64,000 bases of DNA from positions 1,128,221 to 1,192,220 of the forward strand of contig JAXLTI010000003.1 in the NCBI GenBank assembly GCA_046330135.1. The letters are read 5' to 3'. The notes under the pieces were generated by a model. That model did not search any database. It was not told the origin of the DNA and saw nothing but the letters and a program-made list of their open reading frames with translations. Position 1 is the stretch's first letter; each line of letters begins with the position of its first letter. Below are positions 9,584 to 19,297 of this stretch, one piece after another. Made by a program: the position numbers and the translations under genes. Source of the DNA: a bacterium. GTDB taxonomy: Bacteria; ARS69.

Positions 9584-10569
9584 GCTCGTCCGGCCGGGGC
9601 GCGAGGCAATTCCTCGAGGCGGCCGGCTTCCGCGGGTTGCTTCTCCTCGTGCGGACGCTGCCGTACGGCGCCGCGGTCGGCGTGGGGACCGTGCTCGGGC
9701 GGCTCGCGTTCGCGCTCGGGCTGAGGAGGAAGGTCGCGGTGCGCAACGTGGAGGAGCGGCTCGCGCCCCCCGGCGGGCGCGCCGAAGCGGAGCGGATCGC
9801 GCGCGAGAGCTACGCGGTCGCGGGACGCACTTTCGTCCACCTGCTCCGCGTGGACCGGATCGACGATCGCACCCTCTGGCGCCTTCTCTCTCGCGAGGAG
9901 TTCGAGTCCGTTCGCGAGTTCCGGGAGGGGGGAGGCACGGTCCTGGTGTCCGGTCATTTCGGGAACTGGGAGCTGATGGTGCTGGCCATTCGGAGGGTCG
10001 GCATCGAGGTGGCCGCGCTCGCCGGAGACCAGGCGAACCGCGCGGTCGACGCCGAGCTGCGCAGCATCCGCGCCCGCGCCGGAATCCAGCCGCTCTCCGC
10101 CCGATCCGGGATCCGCGACGCGCTCGATCTCTTACGGAGGGGCGGCGCCGTGGCCACGCTCATGGATCAGGACGCACGCTGGAAGGGAATCTTCGTGACC
10201 TTCCTCGGCGCGCCCGCCTCGGCGCACATCGGCATGATCTCGATGGCGGTGAGCACCGGCTCCTCGGTCGTGCCGGGGGTCCTCGTGGACGAGAAAGGCC
10301 GCTTCCGCTTCGAGAAGGGCACGGCGTGGCGACCGCGGCCCGAGCGGTCCGAGGAGGAGAACCTGCGCGAGGGAGCGGAGCACATTCACCGGTTCCTCGA
10401 GGTGCACGTACGCCGGAATCCCGAGAACTACTTCTGGGCGCATCGCCGCTGGAAGACGCGTCCCCCGGCGGGGCTCCCTCCGGCGCCGTCGTCGGGCGAG
10501 GCGCCGCCAGAGGCGGAGTCGCCGGCCGCCATGTCGCCGCCCGACCGGGCGGGAGAGGCGAAGCGATGA
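9580..10569 (+). CDS. Lipid A biosynthesis lauroyl/myristoyl acyltransferase family protein (LpxL/HtrB-like)
   Basis: GTG start overlapping the dprA stop. SGHFGNWE catalytic motif of the LpxL/HtrB/MsbB family. Confidence 0.65.
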   Translation: MSSSGRGARQFLEAAGFRGLLLLVRTLPYGAAVGVGTVLGRLAFALGLRRKVAVRNVEERLAPPGGRAEAERIARESYAVAGRTFVHLLRVDRIDDRTLWRLLSREEFESVREFREGGGTVLVSGHFGNWELMVLAIRRVGIEVAALAGDQANRAVDAELRSIRARAGIQPLSARSGIRDALDLLRRGGAVATLMDQDARWKGIFVTFLGAPASAHIGMISMAVSTGSSVVPGVLVDEKGRFRFEKGTAWRPRPERSEEENLREGAEHIHRFLEVHVRRNPENYFWAHRRWKTRPPAGLPPAPSSGEAPPEAESPAAMSPPDRAGEAKR

Positions 10570-11513
10570 GCCGCTTCGTCGCCGTGGTGGGGACCGTCAA
10601 CCGCGACGTCATCATCGACGCGAGCGGCGAGCGCCGCACGAGCCTCGGAGGGATCCTCTACAACGTCATTCCGCTCGCCGCGCTCCTCGAGGGCAGCGGC
10701 CTCCGCGTGAGGCCGGTCGGGCGGCTCGGGCGCACGGACCGGGACGAAGCGATGGGCCTTCTCTCGGCGTTCCCCTCGGTGGACGCCGACACGCTGATCG
10801 CGGACGCGGCCGGCACGGACCTCTCGATCCTCGACTACTCCGGCGGAGGCGAGCGCGCCGAGACCGTCGTGATGCGCGTTGCGCCCCTCTCCGAGGAGGA
10901 TCTTGCCGCAGCGCGGGGTGCCGAGGCGGTGCTCGTGAACATGATCTCCGGCCGCGACGTTCCGCTCGAGACGCTGACGAGCTTCCGGCGCGGAGAGCGC
11001 GGTCGCTTCCTCTTCGACGTCCAGGCCCTCGCCCGCACCGCCGAAACGCCGCGCGCCTCCCGGATCGTCCCGGACGCGCCGGGGTGGAGCCGCCTGTTCC
11101 ACGTCGTGCGGGGGAGCGAGACGGAGATCGGGTACTTCGGCGGAACGCCGGGGAACGTCGAGGCGGCCGCGGAGCGCATCCTCGCCGCCGGGGCGGGGGA
11201 AGTGCTCGCGACCTACGGCGAGAGGGGAGCGGTGCGCTACGTTCGGGGCGAAGGGGGGCTGCGGCGCTCGGAGACTCCCGCCGTCCGCTGCGACGCTCCG
11301 GCCGACCCCACCGGATGCGGCGACTCGTTCCTCTCCGGGGTCTGCGCGGGCGGCCTCCTCGGGCTCTCGCCGGAGGACGCCGTCCGGCTCGGCGCGCTCG
11401 TCGCGTCGCGCGTGGTCGGGCTCGCGGGGCTGGAGTCGCTCGTGGCGCTCCGCAGCATCCGTCACGAAGCCCTCGCTCACGAGCCGGCGTGGGCTGCCTT
11501 CTTCGGCGATTGA
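10566..11513 (+). CDS. PfkB-family carbohydrate kinase (possibly a heptose-7-phosphate or sugar kinase)
   Basis: ATG overlapping the upstream stop (ATGA). Ribokinase-like fold with C-terminal DPTGCGDSF motif. Confidence 0.65.
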   Translation: MSRFVAVVGTVNRDVIIDASGERRTSLGGILYNVIPLAALLEGSGLRVRPVGRLGRTDRDEAMGLLSAFPSVDADTLIADAAGTDLSILDYSGGGERAETVVMRVAPLSEEDLAAARGAEAVLVNMISGRDVPLETLTSFRRGERGRFLFDVQALARTAETPRASRIVPDAPGWSRLFHVVRGSETEIGYFGGTPGNVEAAAERILAAGAGEVLATYGERGAVRYVRGEGGLRRSETPAVRCDAPADPTGCGDSFLSGVCAGGLLGLSPEDAVRLGALVASRVVGLAGLESLVALRSIRHEALAHEPAWAAFFGD

Positions 11514-11640
11514 CCCCCGGGACGGGGGCGATCTGGGGCCCGGCGTTCCCCCTACCGGGCCCCGCCCAGGCCCCGACGTTCCCAGCTCGGGGGTTCATCC
11601 CGAGGTTCGCCCGGCGCCACCTCGACCCTTCCAGATGTCG

Positions 11641-11920
11641 CAATAGATTCAGCGACAATCTATTGCAGCATTGACCTCACGTGCTTGCCGAGGGTGTCTC
11701 GGTGGCCTTGCGGATCTTGGCACGGTCCTTCCATAAGCCGTATCTCGCCGGGGCCGAGATTGCGCACCCAGTCTGTCAGACGGCCTCGGCAAGACGAACC
11801 CCGCGGTGCGGGTGTCGCGAGTCAGTGAGAGAGGAGCTTCCGGGGGGGAGCCGCTGACGAGCCCGACTTCTCGCGCTTCGGATCGGTTCAGGGGGCACCT
11901 GCTCTTCGAGCAGGTGCCCC
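11641..11920 (+). ncRNA. Candidate structured RNA or regulatory region in a 490-nt intergenic gap
   Basis: Lower GC than the flanks. Perfect 10-bp inverted repeat GCAATAGATT-n7-AATCTATTGC. Nested helices CTTGCCGAGG...CCTCGGCAAG enclosing TCTCGG...CCGAGA. Perfect 13-bp hairpin GGGGCACCTGCTC-ttcg-GAGCAGGTGCCCC. No RNase P, tmRNA or SRP motifs recognised. Confidence 0.2.
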
Positions 11921-12005
11921 AAGTCTTTGGAGGAGCCTTTCGTCTCCCCGGCCGCGCTCGCCTGGGCTAGGATCGCCCCCTTTTCGAGCCGCGCGGGGAG
12001 GCCCC

Positions 12006-13190
12006 TTGCACGTCAAGGATTCGAAGGCGCTCGTGGAGTTCTGCGCGCAGGCGCGCGCCGAGGGCGCCTTCGCGTGGGACACCGAGTTCATCCAGGACCG
12101 CACGTACTGGCCCCGCCTGTGTCTCGTCCAGGTCGCCACGCGGGAGACCGTGGCCCTCGTCGATCCGCTCGCGCTACCGGACCTCGGGCCGCTCTGGGAC
12201 CTCGTCGCCGATCCCGCCGTCCAGGGCGTCGTCCACGCCGGCCTCCAGGATTTCCAGATCGCGTTCGACGCGTCCGATCGTCCGCCGCGGAACATCTTCG
12301 ACACTCAAATCGCCGCCGCCTTCGCCGGCCACGGCGACAGCATCAGCTACGCGGGCCTTCTCACGCGGGAGCTGGGGGTGCGCCTCGCGAAGAAGGAGAC
12401 GATGACGGACTGGTCGCGGCGGCCGCTCACGGACGCCCAGATCGAGTATGCGCTCGACGACGTCCGCCATCTCCTGCCGCTGCGCGACCGCCTCTCCGAG
12501 CGCCTGCAGCAGCTCGGGAGGCTCGAGTGGATCGCGGAGGAGCACCAGCCGCTCGAGAACGCCGACGCGTTCCGCCGCGACCCGCGTCGCGCGTGGGAAC
12601 GCCTGTCGCGCCGGCGCTCGCTGGATCGCCGGGCGCTCGCGGTGCTCCGCGAGGTCGCCGCCTGGCGCGAAGAGACCGCCGCGTCCCGCGACGTTCCGCG
12701 CAACCGCATCCTCGGGGACGAGCTGCTCGTGGAAGTGGCGAAGCGCGCGCCCAAGACGCGCGACGCGCTCAGCGCCATCCGCAGTCTGCACGAGCGCCTG
12801 CTCGCGCAGTACGGCGACGAGATCGTCGCGCGCGTCGCGCGCGGGCTGGCCGTCCCGACGAACGAGCGACCCGATTCGCCGGCCCAGCGCTCGGAAGATC
12901 CGGCGCGCGCGCGCCTCGTCGACCTCATGGACCTTCTCGTCCAGGTGCGTGCCCGCGAGACCGGCATCGGACGCAACGTGCTGGCCACGCGCGTCGATCT
13001 CGAGAACGTCGCGGCGATCCACTGGGGCGAGTCCGACGGCGGCCCGCCGCCGCCCGTCCTGCGCGGATGGCGCGGCGAGATCGTCGGCGCCGACCTCCGC
13101 CGCCTCCTCGACGGCGAGATCCTCCTCGGCGTCGATCCGCACACGCACCTCCCCGAAGTGACCCGACGCGCAGCCCCGCCCGCTCCGTAG
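12006..13190 (+). CDS. rnd: Ribonuclease D
   Basis: TTG start. DEDDy 3'-5' exonuclease motifs (AWDTEF..., YALDDV) and a C-terminal HRDC-like region. Confidence 0.85.
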   Translation: MHVKDSKALVEFCAQARAEGAFAWDTEFIQDRTYWPRLCLVQVATRETVALVDPLALPDLGPLWDLVADPAVQGVVHAGLQDFQIAFDASDRPPRNIFDTQIAAAFAGHGDSISYAGLLTRELGVRLAKKETMTDWSRRPLTDAQIEYALDDVRHLLPLRDRLSERLQQLGRLEWIAEEHQPLENADAFRRDPRRAWERLSRRRSLDRRALAVLREVAAWREETAASRDVPRNRILGDELLVEVAKRAPKTRDALSAIRSLHERLLAQYGDEIVARVARGLAVPTNERPDSPAQRSEDPARARLVDLMDLLVQVRARETGIGRNVLATRVDLENVAAIHWGESDGGPPPPVLRGWRGEIVGADLRRLLDGEILLGVDPHTHLPEVTRRAAPPAP

Positions 13191-13194
13191 CGCT

Positions 13195-13345
13195 CCGACT
13201 CGCGCATTGCACGTGATGCCCGCGTCGTCGGCTCGGCGGCGCGTGCTTCCGCATCGGACGGTCGCCTCCGCCGTCCGGGCTCCGGCGCCCTCCCGCTCCG
13301 GCGGCTCCGCCATCCTGGCTGCGCCGCCTCCGCGAAGCCGCTGCG
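13195..13345. repeat. Dispersed intergenic repeat element, copy A (imperfect long inverted repeat)
   Basis: Shares a near-identical core of about 38 nt (GCGTCGTCGGCTCGGCGGCGCGTGCTTCCGCATCGGACGG) with copies at about 57.67 kb and about 54.06 kb. The 5' arm CGGCTCGGCGGCGCGTGCTTCCGC is paired by the 3' arm GCGAAAGCACGCCACCGAGCCGCCG. Confidence 0.5.
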
Positions 13346-13573
13346 AAAGCACGCCACCGAGCCGCCGACGCATACCTCGCCTCGCGCGGTCTGCGCCGGC
13401 GCGGCGAGGGCTCGCGCGACGTCGGGCGCAATCACCGTCTGCAGCGCGTCGCCGACTGCGCCCGTGCGCCAGCGCCGTCCCGGTCGTCGCCTGTCTCACA
13501 ACGGACGCGGCGCGGGCCGGCCCCGAGGCGAGACGGGCGAACCCAAGTACGGCTCCGAGCCGGCCAGGCGAGG

Positions 13574-15049
13574 TTAGGCGCTCGGTGCGGACTCGAGGGG
13601 CGGGGCGTCCGGGGACGCGGACCACGGGACCACGCGATTGCGCCCGCGGGACTTCGCCGCGTAGAGGGCCACGCGATCGGCGCGATCGATCAGCTGCTTG
13701 GCGGTGGCGGCGTCGTCGGGATAGAGCGCGAAGCCGAGCGAGATGGAGACGCGCGAGTCCCCGAGGGAGGGGACGACGTCGCCGAAGCGCGCGTCCGCCA
13801 CGACGCGGCGCAAGCGCTCCGCGGTGCGCGCGGCGCGCGCCCGCGTGACCGACGGCAGGAGCACCGCGAACTCCTCGCCGCCGTAGCGTGCCGCGAGGTC
13901 GATCTGGCGGATGTTCGAGCGGATGATCGCGGCCACGTGCGCGAGGGCGTGGTCTCCCGCCTGGTGCCCGAAGCGGTCGTTGATGCGCTTGAAGTGGTCC
14001 ACGTCCACCATGAGCAGCGCCACCGACGTTCCCATGCGGTTCGCGCGCTCGATCTCGCGCTCGATCTGGACGTCGAAGTACGCGCGGTTCCAGAGGCTCG
14101 TCAGCCGGTCGACGAAGATCAGCTTCTCCAGCACTTCGGCTCGCACCATCGCACCCGCCGCGACCGACGCCGTGAGCGCGCTCAGCGCCAGCTCGTCCGG
14201 CGGGAAGGCGCCGGCTTCGTCGCGTCGCACCTCCATGAGCCCGATGAGTCGCTCGCCCGACACGAGCGGAAACGACGCGAGAGCGCCCCGCGCGGCGGGC
14301 GGCGCGTCCGTTCCCGGCACGGCGAGGTTGGGCACGTGGAGAGCGTGTCGCTCGCCCGCCAGGGCTTCCGCCACGCGCGTCCCGAGGGCGAAATGCGGCT
14401 CGGACTTCTGGCCCCACAGCGGAACCGGGGTGAGGCCGGTCTGGGGATCGGCGAAGACGTGGAAGCGCACGTCGGTGGCGCTCGTGAAGCGAACGAGCTG
14501 ATCGCGCAGCGGCGCGAGCGCGTCGGCCAGCTCCTCGGGCGTGCGGCAGGGCGCGAACGAGGAGAAGAGGGTCCGGACCGGCTCGCCGCTCGCGTCGACG
14601 AATCGCCGCGCGATCCCCGGCTCCACCGCGACCTCTTCCACGGGGCGCACCAGGCGCGGCGCCCGCGGCTCTTCGTGCGGCGGAGCGGGCGCGACGCTCG
14701 GGGGCGCCGCTGCGGGCGCGGGGGGCGGCGGCTCCGCGATTCGCGGCGACGGCGCCCCGTTGGCCACGTGAACCGTGCTGGGGCCCGGCAGCTCGACGGC
14801 CCAGGTGTCGCTCGTGGCGGGGTCGAGGTAGCGCTGGACGTTCCGGAGGTCGTCCGGGCGGCGCGCCAGGCGGATCACCGCGCCGCGCTTCGCGATGGTG
14901 TCGAGCAGCTCGCCTACGCGCAGCGCCACTTCCACGAGGTCGGGAATCGCGAGGATCTCCTCGGCCCGGCGGCGCTCTTCCATCCGCAAGAGGCGTCCGG
15001 CGAGGAGCCGCCGCAGCAGATCTCGGTAGGTCAGGCGTTCCTTGCGCAT
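13574..15049 (-). CDS. GAF-domain diguanylate cyclase (GGDEF)
   Basis: C-terminal GGDEF domain with RYGGEEF active-site motif. N-terminal GAF-like region and a Pro-rich linker. Confidence 0.85.
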   Translation of the reverse strand: MRKERLTYRDLLRRLLAGRLLRMEERRRAEEILAIPDLVEVALRVGELLDTIAKRGAVIRLARRPDDLRNVQRYLDPATSDTWAVELPGPSTVHVANGAPSPRIAEPPPPAPAAAPPSVAPAPPHEEPRAPRLVRPVEEVAVEPGIARRFVDASGEPVRTLFSSFAPCRTPEELADALAPLRDQLVRFTSATDVRFHVFADPQTGLTPVPLWGQKSEPHFALGTRVAEALAGERHALHVPNLAVPGTDAPPAARGALASFPLVSGERLIGLMEVRRDEAGAFPPDELALSALTASVAAGAMVRAEVLEKLIFVDRLTSLWNRAYFDVQIEREIERANRMGTSVALLMVDVDHFKRINDRFGHQAGDHALAHVAAIIRSNIRQIDLAARYGGEEFAVLLPSVTRARAARTAERLRRVVADARFGDVVPSLGDSRVSISLGFALYPDDAATAKQLIDRADRVALYAAKSRGRNRVVPWSASPDAPPLESAPSA

Positions 15050-15318
15050 CCCGGACGTGGCCGCTCTCGATGTGGGGGGCGATGATTGCGCAGCGCGGGC
15101 GTGCCGATCCTACCGAGCCCACGCGCCGAGGACAAGGGCGGTCGAGGGGCGGGTCGTGGGCGAATCGACGTCGCCCAGGACCGAGGGGCGGCCCACGCCG
15201 AGAGGCGAGCCGCAAGCGTCGAGTCCGCGCTAAGATCGTCTTCGCCGTGCCCGACCGGGGATAGGGGCCCGAACGAGGGATCGCGGCCCGAACGAGGGAT
15301 CGAGTTCGCGGGGGGACC

Positions 15319-16446
15319 ATGCCCGAGCCGGAGCGTCGCTGGAAGCCGGACTGCCGCTTCTTCGAAGGGGAGCGGCCCTGCGTGCACAAGCGCGAGTGCG
15401 AGGGGTGCGACCTCTACTCGCCGATGGGGCGGCGCGTGCTCGTGCTGAAGCTCGCCGCGCTCGGCGACGTCCTGCGCACCACGCCGATCCTCGCGGCTCT
15501 CGAGGAGGCGGGCCGCCCGCTGCACGTCACGTGGGTCGTGGCGGAGAACGCGGTGCCGCTGCTCGCGGGGCATCCGCGCATCGACCGGCTGCTCGTGCCG
15601 GGGTGGGAGACGTCCGCGCGACTCGGCGTGGAGCGCTTCGACCTGGTCCTCTCCTTGGACAAGGATCCGTACACCACGTCGTGGGCCACCGGCGTGGCGG
15701 CGAAGGAGCGGCGAGGCTTCGGCCGCGACGACCGCGGCGCGCTGGCGCCGCTGCATCCGGACGCGAAGTACGCGTACGACCTCGGCCTCTCCGACCGTCT
15801 GAAGTTCTTCGAGAATCAGCGCACCTACCAGGACGTGACGTTCGAGGTGTGCGGCCTGCCGTGGCGCGGCCAGGAGTACGACGTTCCCGCGGTCCGCGAG
15901 CAAAAGGAGGCCGGTCGCGCGGCGCTCGCTCGCGTGGGGCTCGAGGGCCGGAGCGGTCCGCTGGTGGGGCTCAACACCGGAGCCGGCGGCGTCTTCGCGA
16001 ACAAGGCATGGACGATCGAAGGGTACGGCGCGCTCGCCCGCAAGCTCGCCGCGGAAGGATGCCGCGTGGCGCTGCTCGGCGGCCCCGAAGAGGTGGACCG
16101 CAACGCTCAGATCGCGACGCTCGCGAAGGGCGACGCGGTGGACACCGGCCGGCACGCGCTCGCGGAGTTCGCGGGGCTCGTGGCCTGCTGCGATCTCGTG
16201 GTGACCGGCGACACGCTCGGCATGCACCTCGCCATCGCGGCGAAAGTGCCGGTGGTGGTCCTCTTCGGATCCACGTGCCCGCAGGAGATCGAGCTCTACG
16301 GGCGCGGCGAGAAGGTCGTCACGCCCATCGAGTGCCACCCCTGCTATCGACGCACGTGCGACATCCACCCGAGCTGCCAGGAGCTCATCCCGGTGGAGCG
16401 AGTGCACGCCGCGGTGCAACGAGTGCTCGCGGCCGCGCGCCGCTGA
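15319..16446 (+). CDS. ADP-heptose:LPS heptosyltransferase (GT9 family)
   Basis: GT9 fold (VLVLKLAALGDVLRTTPIL..., C-terminal GDTLGMHLAIAAKVPVVVLFG). Confidence 0.8.
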   Translation: MPEPERRWKPDCRFFEGERPCVHKRECEGCDLYSPMGRRVLVLKLAALGDVLRTTPILAALEEAGRPLHVTWVVAENAVPLLAGHPRIDRLLVPGWETSARLGVERFDLVLSLDKDPYTTSWATGVAAKERRGFGRDDRGALAPLHPDAKYAYDLGLSDRLKFFENQRTYQDVTFEVCGLPWRGQEYDVPAVREQKEAGRAALARVGLEGRSGPLVGLNTGAGGVFANKAWTIEGYGALARKLAAEGCRVALLGGPEEVDRNAQIATLAKGDAVDTGRHALAEFAGLVACCDLVVTGDTLGMHLAIAAKVPVVVLFGSTCPQEIELYGRGEKVVTPIECHPCYRRTCDIHPSCQELIPVERVHAAVQRVLAAARR

Positions 16447-16660
16447 GCGGCGCTTCGCACGCGCTGGGCGACTCGCTTCGTCGGCCGGAGTCACATCCGC
16501 TCAAAGGCGGCTCGCGGAGCCCACCGCTGCGCACTTCGGGACGACGCGTCCCTCGGCAGGGGGCCGCCGCGCCGCTTCGGCCCGTTCCCATTCGGTCGAC
16601 CTGCGCGTATGCTAGATGCCGACATCCCCCCTCATCCGGCCGTTCACCGAGGAGTCCTCC

Positions 16661-19288
16661 ATGGGACCGCTCCACCGAACCGCCCTCCTGGCCACGGTCG
16701 CCGTCGCCGGCGCCGCGGCCGTCTTCTTCGTCCGCCCGGCCCAGTTTCGCGCCGGGTCGTCCGCGGGCCTCCCCGCAGGAGTCCGCCCCGCCGCGGAGAG
16801 CCCCGAGGTGGAAGGCCAGGGTGAGGACCACGCCTGGGAGATGTTCGAGTGGTGGTACGGCCAGCGCGCGTATCCCAACGACCTGATCCCGCAGCAGGGC
16901 TTCTGGAACGCCTGGCAGACGCGCTCGCACATGACGGTGGACGAAGGCACGCTCCGATCGGCCACCTGGACGTCCATCGGACCGGACAACGTGGGCGGAC
17001 GGATGCTCGCCGTGGCGGTGGACCCGTCGAACTCGTCGCGCGTGTGGGCCGGCGCGGCCAGCGGCGGGCTGTGGCTCTCCACGACCGGCGGCGTGGGCGC
17101 GGCGGCCTGGAACCGCGTCGAGACGGGCTTCCCGTCGGTCGCGGTCAGCGGCATCGCCATCGACCCCACGAACCCGCAGAAGATGGTCATCGGGACCGGC
17201 GAGATCGGCCGGTACCAGAACGGGCAGGTCGGCACGCCGGGCGCGCGCAGCAGCTACGGCCTCGGCATCCTCCGCAGCACGGACGGCGGCACCACGTGGC
17301 TCGCCACCGGGTTGACCTGGACCTTCGACCAGCGTCGCGCGGTGCAGGCGGTCCGCATGGACCCGACCGCTCCGGCGAACGTCTGGGCCGCCACCACCGA
17401 AGGAGTCTTCCGCAGCACGGACGGCGGCGACACGTGGGCGCAGAAGAGCGCCGTGGTCATGGCCATGGACGTGATCGTGGATCCCACGAACGGGCAGATC
17501 GCGTACGCGTCGCACGGGCAGCTCGGCGTCCCGGACGACACGCAGGCCGGCATCTGGAAGACCACGAACGCCGGCACCACCTGGACGCGCCTCGCCGGCG
17601 GCCTTCCCACCACGAGCTTCGGCCGCACCGCGCTGGCGATCTCCTCGGATGCCGCACGCATCTGGGCCGGCGTGTCCAACGCGTCCACCCGTCAGATCGT
17701 GGGCCTGTACCGCTCCACGAACGGCGGCACGAACTGGACGAGCGTCAGCTCCACGAACTGGGCCAGCTCGCAGGCGTGGTACGACAACGTCACGGCGGTC
17801 TCGCCCACGAACTCGAACCTCGTGATCTGCGCCGGCCTCGACGTTTACCGCTCCACCACGGGCGGCGGGAGCCTCGCCCACGTCTCCGACTGGTCCGCCG
17901 GCTACGAAGGCGACGTGCCCGCGGGCGGCCCCGAGGGCCCTGCCAACTACGTGCACGCGGACTCGCACTGGTGCACGTTCGATCCGTCGAACCCCGCCAC
18001 GGTGTACATCGCGTGCGACGGCGGCATCTTCAAGTCCACCGACTCCGGCGCCACGTGGACCGGGGCGAACGGCGGCCTGCGCTCGAGCCAGTTCTACGCG
18101 GGCTTCGCGTTCCAGGCGAACGACCACGCGCTCGGCGGGCTGCAGGACAACGGCACGCTGCTCTACCACGGCGCCGATTCGTGGAACAAGACGTTCGGCG
18201 GCGACGGCGGCTGGTGCGCCATCGACCCGACCACGCCGAACACGCTCTACGAGGAGTACGTGTACTTGAACATGTACAAGAGCACCGACAACGGCGCGAG
18301 CTGGAACGAGGCGCACGTGTACAGCAGCTCCACCGCGAACTTCATCGCGCCGTTCGTCCTGTCGCCGTCCAGCCCGAACATCCTCTACGCGGGCGAGCTC
18401 GCCGTGGAGAAGTCCACGGACGGCGGCACGAGCTGGAACTTCGGGGGCGGCGGCTCGAACTGGAACGGCACGCCCGTGGCCACGATCGGCGTGTCGTTCG
18501 GCGATGCGAACCGCGTCGTGGCCGGAACGGGCAGCTCCACGGGCACGATCGAGATCCGCCGGACCACGAGCGGCGGCACCACGTGGACGGCCGCCACCGG
18601 ATACCCGGCGCGCTATCCCACGGACTTCGCGTTCGACCCGTCGAACAACGACGTCGTGTGGGCCACGTTCTCGGGCTACGGCACGGGCCACGTCTTCCGC
18701 TCCACGGACGTCGGGCTCACGTGGGTGAACGTCTCGGGGAACCTCCCGGACCTCCCGCACCAGACCGTCGCCGTGGATCCGCTCAATCCGGCGTGGGCGT
18801 ACGTGGGCACGGACCTCGGCGTCTACCGCACGACGGACGGCGGCACGAGCTGGACGATCTACGACGTGGGCATGCCGCCGGCCATGATCCTCGACCTCGC
18901 GATCTCCTCCGCGCGACGCATGCGCGCGGCCACGTTCGGCAACGGCGTCTGGGAGATCGACCTGCCCACGGCGTCCACGGGCGTCGCGGTGGCGTCGAGC
19001 GAGCGGCGCAGCGCGCTGGCGTTCGAGGCGAGTCGGCCGAATCCGTTCCGGGCTCAGACGTCCATCCGGCTCGCTCTCCCCAAGGAAGCGGACGTGAGCC
19101 TCACCGTCCTGGACGCGGCGGGGCGCCGCGTGCGCACCCTCGTGAACGGCCGTCACGCGGCCGGGTCGCTCGAGGTGGCCTGGGACGGGCGGGATGAAGG
19201 GGGCCGTCGCGTGGCGGCCGGCACCTACTTCGTCCGCGCCACCGGTGCCGGGCAGATCGCCGCCACCAAGGTCACCGTGCTCCAGTAG
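16661..19288 (+). CDS. Secreted BNR/Asp-box repeat protein (sortilin/GH74-like beta-propeller) with T9SS-type C-terminal sorting domain
   Basis: Signal peptide MGPLHRTALLATVAVAGAAA preceded by GAGGAG. About 10 S-x-D-x-G-x-T-W BNR motifs. C-terminus PNPF...LTVLDAAGRRVRTLVNG...AGTYFVRA matches the Por_Secre_tail/FlgD-Ig-like consensus. Confidence 0.75.
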   Translation: MGPLHRTALLATVAVAGAAAVFFVRPAQFRAGSSAGLPAGVRPAAESPEVEGQGEDHAWEMFEWWYGQRAYPNDLIPQQGFWNAWQTRSHMTVDEGTLRSATWTSIGPDNVGGRMLAVAVDPSNSSRVWAGAASGGLWLSTTGGVGAAAWNRVETGFPSVAVSGIAIDPTNPQKMVIGTGEIGRYQNGQVGTPGARSSYGLGILRSTDGGTTWLATGLTWTFDQRRAVQAVRMDPTAPANVWAATTEGVFRSTDGGDTWAQKSAVVMAMDVIVDPTNGQIAYASHGQLGVPDDTQAGIWKTTNAGTTWTRLAGGLPTTSFGRTALAISSDAARIWAGVSNASTRQIVGLYRSTNGGTNWTSVSSTNWASSQAWYDNVTAVSPTNSNLVICAGLDVYRSTTGGGSLAHVSDWSAGYEGDVPAGGPEGPANYVHADSHWCTFDPSNPATVYIACDGGIFKSTDSGATWTGANGGLRSSQFYAGFAFQANDHALGGLQDNGTLLYHGADSWNKTFGGDGGWCAIDPTTPNTLYEEYVYLNMYKSTDNGASWNEAHVYSSSTANFIAPFVLSPSSPNILYAGELAVEKSTDGGTSWNFGGGGSNWNGTPVATIGVSFGDANRVVAGTGSSTGTIEIRRTTSGGTTWTAATGYPARYPTDFAFDPSNNDVVWATFSGYGTGHVFRSTDVGLTWVNVSGNLPDLPHQTVAVDPLNPAWAYVGTDLGVYRTTDGGTSWTIYDVGMPPAMILDLAISSARRMRAATFGNGVWEIDLPTASTGVAVASSERRSALAFEASRPNPFRAQTSIRLALPKEADVSLTVLDAAGRRVRTLVNGRHAAGSLEVAWDGRDEGGRRVAAGTYFVRATGAGQIAATKVTVLQ

Positions 19289-19297
19289 CGCAGCCCC

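Noticed and set aside
11514-12005. RNase P RNA, tmRNA, 6S or SRP RNA in the long intergenic region
   Set aside because: I looked for hallmark motifs (RNase P GGAAAGUCCGGGCUCC-like P4 region, tmRNA GGGG...ACCA termini, the SRP domain IV motif). I did not find them by eye. It is kept only as a low-confidence structured-RNA candidate.
13207-13848. ORFs 13207..13848 (+) and 57671..58150 (+) sharing the peptide ASSARRRVLPHRT, and their minus-strand counterparts
   Set aside because: The shared peptides come from the dispersed intergenic DNA repeat, not from a duplicated gene. The compositions are Arg/Pro-rich and the ORFs lie in convergent intergenic regions.
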